The translations under genes and the position numbers were made by a program. Below are positions 1 through 10,566 of a stretch of 64,000 nucleotides of DNA, piece by piece. The stretch's first letter is position 1, and the number at the start of each line of letters is the position of its first letter. The notes beneath the pieces are model-generated. The model was not told the origin of the DNA and searched no databases. It saw only the letters and a list, made by a program, of their open reading frames with translations. Source of the stretch: Dimorphilus gyrociliatus (lineage: Eukaryota > Animalia > Annelida); assembly GCA_904063045.1 (NCBI GenBank), contig CAJFCJ010000009.1, forward strand, positions 290,942 through 354,941, in the 5' to 3' direction.

Positions 1-633
1 TTTACGTAAACTAACCATCATTATACCAAACTTATTGTACTATAAAAAATGCTTCCGCAAATCTACTCACAAAATAGGCCAAATATAGTAAATCTCTCAC
101 TCAAAAATAGCTTTTTTTAGATGCGATCTCTTGAAAAACCAACTAAAATTTTTAATTTGTTGGACGCTTTCGTAAGTTCTTCAAATATCGTTCGCTGTCG
201 AATCGATTCCAGTATGGACACTGTAAGATTATGCGTTAGTTGCAATTTATTTGAAATGAACTTTTCTCTCTTCGAAGTTTTTTATTTTCACACAAAGAAA
301 TCATACTTTTGGAATAAGTAAAGGATAAAAAGATTTTTACATATACTATTATATTGTTTGTGGCTGTAAAATTATGATTTTATAATAAGAAAGTAGTTAA
401 AAGATGTAATCGCCATTTTGAAAGTATTACTTTCGTATTTTTTCTGCTCTCATAGCATTTGAGCTTCCGGGCACCACTGGGCTCTTCCGATATTCGTTCT
501 CATGTCAGAACTTTTATCTGCTTATATCTCTGTCAAAATTAAAGAAGGAAAAGCAATTTCAACATTGTTAAAATGAAGAAACAGAAAAGTTTGTGGTTTC
601 TGAATTTAGACTACTTTCGAAGATAGTTAGAAC

Positions 634-639
634 CACGTG
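634..639. promoter_or_regulatory. Canonical E-box CACGTG (in CCACGTGG) just upstream of the snoRNA host gene
   Basis: Exact motif ~55 nt before the first donor site; function inferred. Confidence 0.4.
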
Positions 640-737
640 GCTGAAACTCGCGAAAAAAATTTCTTGTTATAGAAATATTCAACGACTGGGAAAAGTAAGA
701 AAAGCAAAATTTCTTTTTTAAAGTATTGTAATATTTT

Positions 738-795
738 ATGATGAATTTACCTTCACTCGCCGTGATGATTTTAATGAAATCAATGTAGGTACTGA
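738..795 (+). ncRNA. Box C/D snoRNA copy 1 (variant A)
   Basis: ATGATGA at 738, CTTCACTCGCCGT (antisense to 28S ACGGCGAGUGAAG) at 751-763, internal GTGATGA, CTGA at 792-795; 72 nt upstream of the 3' splice site. Confidence 0.85.
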
Positions 796-952
796 ACTTC
801 TTCAGTTTCTAAGATTGTTAGTTCAAAATAAAATGACAAGAGTTATCAAATGTACATTTCTTTACAGATTAAAGATGATGGGTTGAAGAGGCAATGGAAA
901 CTCAGTTTGGTTAGGTAGGTGTTCGCTTGCATTTAAATTTGTTAAAAATACC

Positions 953-1010
953 ATGATGAATTTACCTTCACTCGCCGTGATGATTTTAATGAAATCACTG
1001 TTGGTACTGA
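953..1010 (+). ncRNA. Box C/D snoRNA copy 2 (variant B)
   Basis: Same boxes; D-proximal guide AATCACTGTTGGTA; CTGA at 1007-1010; 67 nt from the 3' splice site. Confidence 0.85.
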
Positions 1011-1167
1011 TTAATCTCCAACTTAGTTTAATATGAATTGAAATAGTCATCCCTCTAAAATTTCTTAATTTTTACAGAACAAAGACGACTTCTTCAAAAA
1101 AAAGAATTATATCTTCTGAAACTCTCAAAGTAAGTGCTTGTTGCCTTAATCTTTCGTTTTCATTTTT

Positions 1168-1225
1168 ATGATGAATTTACCTTCACTCGCCGTGATGATT
1201 TTAATGAAATCAATGTAGGTACTGA
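1168..1225 (+). ncRNA. Box C/D snoRNA copy 3 (variant A)
   Basis: Identical to copy 1; CTGA at 1222-1225; 72 nt from the 3' splice site. Confidence 0.85.
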
Positions 1226-1371
1226 ACTTCTTCAGTTTCTAAGATTTCTAGTTAAAGATAAAATTGCAAGAGTTATCAAATGTACATTTCTTTACAGATT
1301 AAAGATGTTGGCTTGAACACTCAGCTTCGTTAGGTAGGTGTTCGCTTGCATTTAAATTTGTAAAAATTACT

Positions 1372-1429
1372 ATGATGAATTTACCTTCACTCGCCGTGAT
1401 GATTTTAATGAAATCACTGTTGGTACTGA
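1372..1429 (+). ncRNA. Box C/D snoRNA copy 4 (variant B)
   Basis: Identical to copy 2; CTGA at 1426-1429; 69 nt from the 3' splice site. Confidence 0.85.
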
Positions 1430-1585
1430 TAAATCTCCAACCTAATTTAATAAGCAATGAAGTAGACTTCCTTCTTAAATTCTTAAAATTTTTTACAGAA
1501 TAAGGACGACTATTTAAAAAAAAAAATTTCATCTACTCTTATCCTCGATGTAAGTGCTTGTGTCTTTCTTTTTATTTTTATTTTT

Positions 1586-1643
1586 ATGATGAATTTACCT
1601 TCACTCGCCGTGATGATTCTCATGAAATCACTGTTGGTACTGA
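1586..1643 (+). ncRNA. Box C/D snoRNA copy 5 (variant B guide, altered spacer TTCTCATGA)
   Basis: ATGATGA at 1586, CTGA at 1640-1643; 64 nt from the 3' splice site. Confidence 0.82.
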
Positions 1644-1865
1644 TTTACTTATTATTAGGCAGTAATTTATTTTAAAACGAACAAACAATAATATATCTTT
1701 AATACAGATCGGCATGGACGGCAGAATGATTCTGAATAACTCGAATTTGAATCATAAAGAATTAAATTCGATTGGATTTAAAAGCTACTGAAAAAAATAT
1801 AGAAAAAACGAAAACAAATTAAAGAGTTTATACAATCATTAAAATTAATAAAATTCTTCAACAAG

Positions 1866-2982
1866 TTAACTTAAGTTTTCTGTCATGAAAGTTTTCTCGT
1901 TAAAATTTACTATTTTTTCGTCGGTCTTTTCCTCTTTTTCTTCTTCGCCCTCGCTACTGTTATTACTTTCACTATCACTACCGCTAGTGTCTTCGTCACT
2001 GTCACAACTATCCGATGACTCTAACTCCTCAGCATCTGAATTATACTAGCAATTTAATTGAAATTAAAAAAGAAATAATTGATCTAATTACCCAGTTCAA
2101 TTTTTTCTAAAATCAATTTTTGAAATTCAAGAGCATCCTCATGATTTGGTTCGTAAATAAGAACTGAAAACGATAAAGTTTTGAAAGATTTGAAAAGTTT
2201 AGAATGATAACTTACTCATTTTGCACAGTTTCGTAGCATTATCATAATCCTTTGACATTAGACAGGTCAAGAACTAAAAAGAACGTTTCGATTTTAACTA
2301 TTGAAACTATTTAAAACTTTTACTTAAAGAAAATATACCTCCATTTTCAATTCTTCTGGAGCTCCTTGTTCCTCTTCTTCAGAGCTACTTTCTGTATCTT
2401 CGCTATCTTCATCCTCATTTCCCATTGAACCAATATCAGTTTTATTCTCCTTAGATTTATCAGATATTTGTGTAGATTCTTCAGCCCAAGCTTGCTTTGC
2501 ATTAACTTCAGGTTTGTCAGAATTTGATGTATTTGAAGATTTCCTCACCAATGTAGGAATGTCTATAGGATTCTGAATAGTGTTAAAAAATGTTTGCTCG
2601 GGTTTTCTCTTAACTGCTTGCATATCGATTTTTTTAACGGGTGTCAATGTTTTTTTGGTGCCTGAACTCAGCGGACGAGAGCCAATCGAGGCTGTTGACG
2701 ACTCTCTTGATAAAGCTGGTCGACCATCTAAGCACAACGAATTAAAAGATTATACTTAGTATAGTCATTCTTACCTTCTGAAGGAAGAAATTCAAGGCTA
2801 TTATCGGGAACCTTAAAAGATTTACAATAAATAAAGGCATAAAATGATTTTAAAGAGAAAATAAATACATCTTTGACGTTTCTAGAAAGACCAGAGGATA
2901 CTGATGAAGGCCTGCTAATGAATAAAAATGATTTATTAAGTTGATAATTATATATTTTCCAACTGTACCTGCTGCCAATCAT
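1866..2982 (-). CDS. ERICH2: Glutamate-rich protein 2-like (ERICH2), 7 exons
   Basis: Spliced reading gives MIGSSRPSS...APEELKMEFLTCLMSKDYDNATKLCKMILIYEPNHEDALEFQKLILEKIEL followed by an acidic tail; this matches the ERICH2 conserved block. Stop TAA at 1866-1868. Confidence 0.8.
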
Positions 2983-3221
2983 TATTAAATTGATATATGA
3001 TTTGGGAATTTAAGAAACTTAACAAAACTCGGAATAGATTTAAAAAATTCTTCTGACGACTCGAAGTTTTAATCAAAAGATTAATGGGAAAAATAATTAA
3101 AACAAACTAGTTATAATTTATTATTTGTATTATTGGATCAAGTATTATATATAGCTAGTGGAGTCGATATTTAAATCTTTAGTATTATGTTTCCGAAGGA
3201 ACGGTGTAGTTTCTTTCTAAA

Positions 3222-3235
3222 GCATTAGGTGGCGT
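3222..3235 (+). promoter_or_regulatory. CTCF-like motif GCATTAGGTGGCGT in the divergent ERICH2/dehydrogenase promoter
   Basis: Resembles CCASYAGRKGGCR; the same core recurs elsewhere in the window. Confidence 0.4.
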
Positions 3236-3509
3236 TTTTCACCAGTTTCCACAAAAACTTTAGAATCGACAAAATTTCTTAAACAAATTTATTAAACTTG
3301 ACATTAACGATATCTCTAAAGTTGTGCTAATGTTAGGAAAGCTACAACAATTGAAGTAGTTATTACTCTTGAATGTCGTATTTAACTTATATTCATCTTA
3401 ACATTTTCTGCTCTTATGATGAATCTGTTTAAACTTCACGCCAATTTATATTATCGCTCAAGCCAATTGTTTTTAACTATTGTTTAATGAATTGTTCACT
3501 ATCAGCAAA

Positions 3510-4818
3510 ATGTCGCAGGTTTATGTTGTTGCTGTTACTACTTTGAAAGACTTGCAAAGGGAGATAAATAAGCTCCTAGGAGATAAAATAATACTAAAAG
3601 CTTACGGAACGAATGGTTTGTTTAAATCATATTCTGCTTGATGAGGATCATTAGTTACAACCAATTTTGTTTACAGAAGAAATTGTATCAGGTGACCTTG
3701 AGAAAGCTGAAATAGTAATAACTGAACCGAGATATCTTCTTTCATCTAAATTATTTGACAAGTGCCCAAATCTCAAATGGTTTCATTCTCCATGGGCTGG
3801 AGTGGAATGTATCTTGAAATACGATTGGACGAAAAATCGAGTACTTGAAGACAATTTATTTTCTTATTACAATCTAATTTTTGTTGCTCTCCTAAGCCAA
3901 TAATAACAAGAACAGTGGGTTCTTATCCTCAACAAATGTCAGAGTGGGCTATAGGAAATATGATTGCCTCAAATAGAAACTTCTTCGCAATGAAAAAATA
4001 TCAACTTGATCATAAATGGTTGATACTAAGTAATCAAATGTAATTGAAATTCATATTGTATTTTCCAAAAATAGGGGGAAGCAGGACTTTCGTAACTTTT
4101 GTTCCCTCTATGGAAAATCTATTGCTATTTTAGGTTGTGGATCTATTGGCAAGGAATGTAAGTTGTTTCAAGTGTCTTTTAAATCATTTTATAAAATTAG
4201 CAAATTCTCTAGTGGCAAGAAAAGCTAAAGTTTTCGATATGACTGTTTGGGCTATAACTAAATCTTCACATGAGAAATGTAACTTCATTGATCATCATAG
4301 GTAACAATGTCTACAATTCAAATAATTATAAACATAAAGGCTTAATTTTACTAGGCATACCAACGACTTGGATGAAGTGTTGTCGAATTGCGATTTTATA
4401 TGCAACGTAATGCCTCAAACAGAAGAAACAAGAGGCTTACTCTCAGGAAAAAGACTAAGTGTCTGTAAGAAGCAGCCTTTATTTTTAAATATGGGTAGAG
4501 GTTCTATTATATCTGATGAGAGCTTATGCGAGGCTTTAGAGTAAGTTGTTTAAAGAATTATTGTCTTGTTTTAATGCTTTATCATTGTTATCGATTGATA
4601 GTGAAAAATGGATACAAGGTGCAGTACTGGACGTTTTTAATGAGGAGCCACTACCCCCTAGTAATAAACTCTACGACTATCCGAATGTCTTTGTGACTCA
4701 TCACACTGCTGGCGTGACATTTGCCAATGAGGTTGCGGATGATTTTGCCCACAAGTTTGAACAGTACACTTCAAAAAAGGCTATGGATGATGTTGTTCAA
4801 GTTGAGAGGGGTTACTAA
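3510..4818 (+). CDS. D-isomer-specific 2-hydroxyacid dehydrogenase (GhrA / glyoxylate-hydroxypyruvate reductase-like), multi-exon
   Basis: WFHSPWAGV, Rossmann ILGCGSIG, CNVMPQTEETRGL, FLNMGRG, GAVLDVFNEEPLP...HHTAG; short GT-AG introns. Confidence 0.85.
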
Positions 4819-5064
4819 AAATAATTATTTTATTCAATTAAAATATATTTAGATTGATTAATCAATTAGCATTTCGTAGAAAGTATTATATCGTATTCTT
4901 TTTACCCAAAGTATATTAGACAAACACTATTTCATTGTCCTCAAAAAAATTGTATTTTACTGCAAGGAAAGATTTGTTACTTATCAAATCATTCTGATAA
5001 TGTATCAAGTAACTACAACAAACTAAGATCGAATCGAGGTTGAATTACTTTGTAAAACGTACTT

Positions 5065-7042
5065 TCAGACAAGATTTGGAAATGTTCTCATTATCATTCC
5101 AGCTCCTCTCTTCAATCGATTCTAAAAGCCACGAAAGTATGATAACATTAGCATCGAGCTATTTTACAATCAACTTACAATTTCGGTCAAATGTTGCCAA
5201 CAGGATTTCCAAGAGTCGTAACTTTGTCCAAAGGGTGGTTTGGTAATAGCCAAGCTAAAGAAACAAAGTTTATAATATTTTACTTCGCTGCAAGAATTAC
5301 AATTGTTAAATTTACCCGGAATTGTTCACTGCCATTATGTTTGCTGTTAAAATAAAGGGATAAGTCCAATTCGTGACCAGAACCTATAATAAAAACAACT
5401 TTTGTTTAGAATATAGTTAATAAAAATACACGCGGTTAATTTTCTGCCTATTACTTGTACTACATTTACTAACTGTTACAAATTCTGAATATAAATGACT
5501 AGCAATTACATCCCAAGAGATGTATAAAAGTAACAATCGAGTAGCGCGATCATGTACATTTTGATTAATGTACTCTTTATAGGAAACCTGTTAATAGAGA
5601 AAAATATTAAAATTTTATACTTACACTGGCGATTGGTGATATCAAGATAGATAATTTTTCTGGGTCCTGAATTGTAAAGAATTGAATCGATTAAGAGAAG
5701 ATATTCACTATTGTCTTTTTTTTTAAATGTAATTTTTAAGAGAAACATTTCATGCGCCCATTGTTGGATATCGAGATAATAATATTTATTAATTTGTCAC
5801 GTACCTCTGTTTGAGAAATCAAATATTTAACAGCAAGATGAGAAATAATATTACAAGCCCATAATGTTGCAACTTCACCCGCAAGACGGGAAAGCAATCC
5901 CCTATAATAAGTATTCAGAAATAAAAAAGCTATACGGAATAGCAAGTAAAATATGCATACTCAAAGAAGCCAGCAACACCCTCATTTTTGTAAATTTCAT
6001 TAAATCCGTTCAAAATGGAACTATTTTGAAACAAAGGTAATTATTTTTCTTTTCATTTTTATGGAATTTTAGTTTAATAAATTCTATGTACTTGTATATA
6101 GTTTCCTGTCCAACAAACTGTGCCATGGATCTAATCATTATCACTAAAGTGTAAAGATTATCATATGAAAGGAGTTTTCAGCGTTTCAAAAAGTATTATT
6201 ATACCTTGCAGGGGGTAAGAGATTATAACACCTGTGCATCTTGCAACCATTTCTTTAGATGTCTACAACAGAGTTTAAGTTAGCTTTTATTAATTGATTT
6301 TTACTTAAATATAATTACATCTTTGATCAGAATGACAAACGAGTCATTTTGAGCCTTAGTTTCATGTTTTCCTAGAGTTAGGCGATCAGTATTCCTTTTG
6401 AAGCAGGGAGTCGAGCTGATACATTGTGTAATGATGTTTGAAAGAACAGTTGAGGAAGCTCTTGGTAAAAATCCCCTATATAAGCCAAGAAAACCCTCTT
6501 CATGTGCAAGATATTTCACTGAAAATGGAAAAATTATTTAGTTGCTAATTAGACTTGCAAATTGTGATAAGAGATTGAAAGAATGATAATCGAGATTAAG
6601 TGGTACTTATCAATATTTAGAATATAAGAAATTGAATGCTTATAAATAGTGTGAGAGAAGCTTCATAACATACAAATAAATATTTGATGCATGACTTGTA
6701 TGGAACGTCAAAAAAAGAAAGAACACTTACTGTATCGGAATATATTAGGGTAGGAATATACAGGTTTTCCTAATAGACTTCTAGATCTAACCGGAGGGAT
6801 AGGTTCATATCCAAGCTGAAAAGTTATGCATTCATTAAGAGTATAGAAGGGATCAATGAAAGGAATTTGTCCTGAATGCGCGACAGACTATATTTTAAGT
6901 TTACAGTAGAAAAACTAATAAAACAAGATTCTTTTTCTAAAGAGTGAAAAATCCGAACCTGTATTAGCACTTTAGCATACGCAAATGGATGAGTTAGAGC
7001 TGAAAAGCCTGTTGCAACGACAATTTGTTGGACGTCTACCAT
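5065..7042 (-). CDS. MTCH2: Mitochondrial carrier homolog (MTCH1/2-like), ~9 exons
   Basis: HPFAYAKVLIQLGYEPIPP, EEGFLGLYRGFLPR, YYRGLLSRLAGEV, TYPFILTANIMAVNNSG; stop TGA at 5065-5067. Confidence 0.9.
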
Positions 7043-8076
7043 TGCCTACGGTTTAAGTTCAAGGTCACGATAAAAATGGTTAAAACAGATATTTTCGAAT
7101 GTTCTTTTACTTATATTTCTCTTTTTGGAATAATTAATTATCGACCAATGTTGATGACAGATTTTTTTGAATAGATTTTATTATGTAACTCAACTGTTAT
7201 TCAAACTAAACAAATCGTACGAAAATAATCATTCAAAAAAAAAGAGGGAAGTGCTAACTTATATCAACTATTTATTTATATTTTGTTGATTTACAAATTA
7301 TCAATTATTTTATTTAATTCACAAATTATCAATTTATTTTTTGTAGATGAATTATTCTCCTTCCAAGAACTCGTAAAACTCTTTATCTTGGATATTTTCT
7401 GGAAGGATTGAAAATACTCTTTTTACTTTCTTTATCATGTGATCATATTTGAATATTTTTGCACTGTAAATTTGTATTCTATCGTCATATATCGTGTAAA
7501 ATACTTCAATATTGATATTGAGTTTATATTACAAGATAATTATCAATATAGACACAGAATGCATGACTAGCAGCTCCATTTCCAAGTAAAAGACGAATTT
7601 ACAAGTCACAGAAATATAACATCAAAACTAACTGCTAAATTTTAATTTAATGTTCATTCTATATTTGTTAAAACTTTCACCAATTAAGCAAATTGAAAGT
7701 CATTCAACTTTATTTATCTACAAACTTCTTATATCCCACACTGTAGATAACATAAGTTTACATTGACATAAAGTATCATATCTACGTAGTTTAAATTTCG
7801 TAAACATTATACAAATTACCAATAAAATACGACATACACTTTTGCATATGTAAATTAGAGAGCAAGCAGAGAGATATAAATATTATGTAATATATATATA
7901 TATATGTATAGATAAGTGAAAAGGCTATCTATTATTCCCAAATAAGTTTTAATATGCAGTTAACACTAATGCTGAATGAATATAAATAAAAATTGAGTAA
8001 AGGCACGCGGGCATGCCCAATAATTTACTTTTATGCTTTTTAATATACAAACTTTGTTTGATTTTACGATGTAAGC

Positions 8077-10566
8077 TTAAGTAATCATAGATTGTGTAGA
8101 AGAAGTTATATTTTCAAACATTAATGAATTAGATGTGTAATTATTATTTGATATCCAATCTTCAATTAGTGACTTGACTACTAATGCATGCTTTTCGATA
8201 TAGTCCATAACGTCGAACGGTTCTCCTGGTGTTTGAAATTTTACGTTATCTTCTTTGTATAGAACACCAGCAATGCACGCAGTCATAAAGCCAGCAATAT
8301 TTCCATTTATCATCGCTCTTGGGGCTATTTCAACAATAATTGGTTTCATAGAAGGTGCTACAGCAGCCATAGCGCCTATATAAACGCCAATTGCGGCTAT
8401 GGAACCGAAGCCGCAACAAGCATACGTAGCTATGACACATGCCCGATGCTATAAAAAGAAATGAAAATATAAAAATAAATGAAATCAATTTGAAGAAACG
8501 TTAAAAGTAACTTGATTAAAGCTATCGTAAAGCTTACCGATATAGCTTTGTCTCCTATGAGTTTTACGAGTTCTTGGAAGGAGAGTAATTCATCTACAAA
8601 AACTTTCTTTCCAATAACTCCTGCAACCTTATGCGCATCCTCAATAGGTACTCCCATGATAATAGCCAAAGGATAGAAAAAGTAGGAGCAAAGAATCTGA
8701 AAGTTAAGCTCTTCATAGCCAACCTTCGCTCCGAACCAGGCCAATGTAGAATCAAGGAAAGTTAACAAACCTATTATGGCGATTAAATTTGCCGCAACAG
8801 ATGCAACAACTTTAATTGCAGATATGGCACCGTTTGAAGCAGCTTCCATAAAGTTCTTAGCCGGCATCTTTTCCAAGTAGACGTCTTCCTCAGTTTTCGT
8901 ATGAGATTCCTCAGTTTCCGGATAACTTAGCTTTGCGATAGCTAAAGCGGCCGGAGCCGACATAATAGCCGCGGACATTAAATGTACACCTTCGGCTCCT
9001 ACCTTTATCAAGAGAGCGATATAGGAGCCGGCAACTGTTGCAAAACCCCCCGTCATAACAGCATGCAGTTCAGATCGAGTTAACCTTGGTATAAAAGGCC
9101 TAAGTACGACGCAAGATTCGGCCATTCCAATGAATATATTCATAGCTGCATTCAACGATTCTATAGCTGTCGTTCCCATGGTAAACTGCATTAACCATGA
9201 TACTTTTCGGACGACCCATTGCATAATTCCCAAATAATAGAAAATATTCGTTATGGCACTGAAATAGATTACAATCGGGAAGACCTGCATAGCCATAGGA
9301 TGATCCTTGATGCCTTTTGCACCAAATACGAATTCGGATCCTTTATCTGCAAAGCTCAGAAACGTCTCTGTTTTATTACCAGCCAGCTGGAAGAATTTAT
9401 ATCCATCTTCCCAACGAAGAATGATAAAACCCAGAATAATTTGCAGTACTAATCCCCATACAACAGGTCTCCAGTTTACCTGTAAGTTTATGAAAAAATT
9501 CAAACTATAAGTAAAAATGTTTCATACTTTGTCAAGTGAGTTATATATTTACTTTAGCAGGATTAGTGGAGGTGAAATAGACTATTAAAACGAGAAAGAC
9601 CATGCCACTGGCCGATGTCAATCGTAATCGGTCTGCTCCCACGTCAATGACCAGAAACAATATGATTCCAATTACAAGGAGGGTGTAGACGGCTCTGTTA
9701 ATATAAACAAGGTTATCTTGTCGATTTCTTCGCCAATTAGAAAAGTTACTTACACTCGAAATGCTATTACCAATTTCTTGTGTTCGTTCAATACTTTAAT
9801 TGGATGGCAAAGAAATCCATGAATTTGATCACCCCATTTTCGCGAAATCCTTGTGAAAATTGCTCCTCCTACTATTAATGCAGTAATAATGGCAAGAGGT
9901 TGGGCCAATTGAAAATCATGCCATAGAGCAAAAAATAAATATACGACATATGCTATGATGACAATAGTGGATGCAATATATTTAATAATACGTTTATTCC
10001 TATGACAAAATGAATGAGCCGCATTTTGAACTGTTGCCACTCCTCTTTTGCAACAATTTGGCTCTTCTTGATATATATATTCGTATTCACCACTTTCTTG
10101 CAATTTTATTTCGTCATCGTCTACGTAGCTGTCTTTTTCTTTGGCTTCCTCATCAATTGGTGGAGGACAGCCCGTTCCTCCCTCCTCAGCCAATGCAACT
10201 TTAATACTATTTGTTTCATCGTCTAGAGATACCTACGAAGAATTGCAAAAATTTCCTAATTAAACTTGATGAAAGAGGAAGAAGGAACAATTAATTAATT
10301 CATTAATTGTTCAAGATGCACTTATAAATATTCTCTTTGCTTATCAGTTAAAAGTTAAGATTGTTTTCAATATCAAAATAAATATGACGAACCTGGGTAT
10401 GAACAATCTTTGAAGATGATCTTGATGGCACTGAGGGAGATTTCTTAATTTGCGAGGCTGATCTTGGTAAGTTTCCGGAAAGGTTGGATAAAGACCTTGT
10501 TATGCTAGCTTGAACACTTGGTACATTCTCCCAGGGATCCAAAGCTGCATTCGTATTAGCATCCAT
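8077..10566 (-). CDS. SLC28: Concentrative Na+/nucleoside cotransporter (SLC28/CNT family)
   Basis: VNWRPVVWGLVLQ, NIFIGMAES, ELHAVMTGGFATVAGS, MSAPAALAIAKLSYPE, TYACCGFGSIAAIG; exons joined by short introns. Confidence 0.93.

Larger units (their letters stand above)
695..1643 (+). repeat. Tandem duplication of a ~420-430 bp two-intron/two-exon unit (about 2.3 copies)
   Basis: Offsets 738->1168 (430), 953->1372 (419) and 1168->1586 (418); intron flanks and exons are also similar between units. Confidence 0.9.
661..1850 (+). ncRNA. Non-coding spliced snoRNA host gene (GAS5/Uhg-like); transcript ends approximate
   Basis: Five GT-AG introns (695-867, 915-1077, 1130-1297, 1334-1498, 1550-1707) each hold one copy of the same 58-nt C/D element. 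Internal exons are 47, 52, 36 and 51 nt. Paralogous exons differ by non-multiples of 3, and the ATGs in them hit stops within 7 codons. AATAAA near 1845. Confidence 0.8.

Noticed and set aside
1-600. Possible exons (ORF 121-321, acceptor near 456, GC-rich hairpin at 462-486) of a gene entering from the left
   Set aside because: No consistent exon chain or recognisable protein could be built on either strand
781-791. CAATGTAGGTA in variant A matches the sense strand of a conserved 28S segment
   Set aside because: Guides must be antisense; an 11-nt sense match is most likely chance
862-1532. ORFs 862-1050(-), 1134-1316(+) and 1299-1532(+/-) with repeated peptide text
   Set aside because: By-products of the snoRNA tandem repeat; frames are not preserved between copies
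738-1643. Five near-identical 58-nt repeats with variable spacers could be read as a CRISPR array
   Set aside because: Eukaryotic context, no cas genes, spacers of 150-370 nt that are themselves paralogous and contain splice sites; the repeats carry C/D boxes
8009-8018. GGGCATGCCC, a perfect p53 half-site
   Set aside because: Single half-site in the SLC28 3' flank with no proper second half-site
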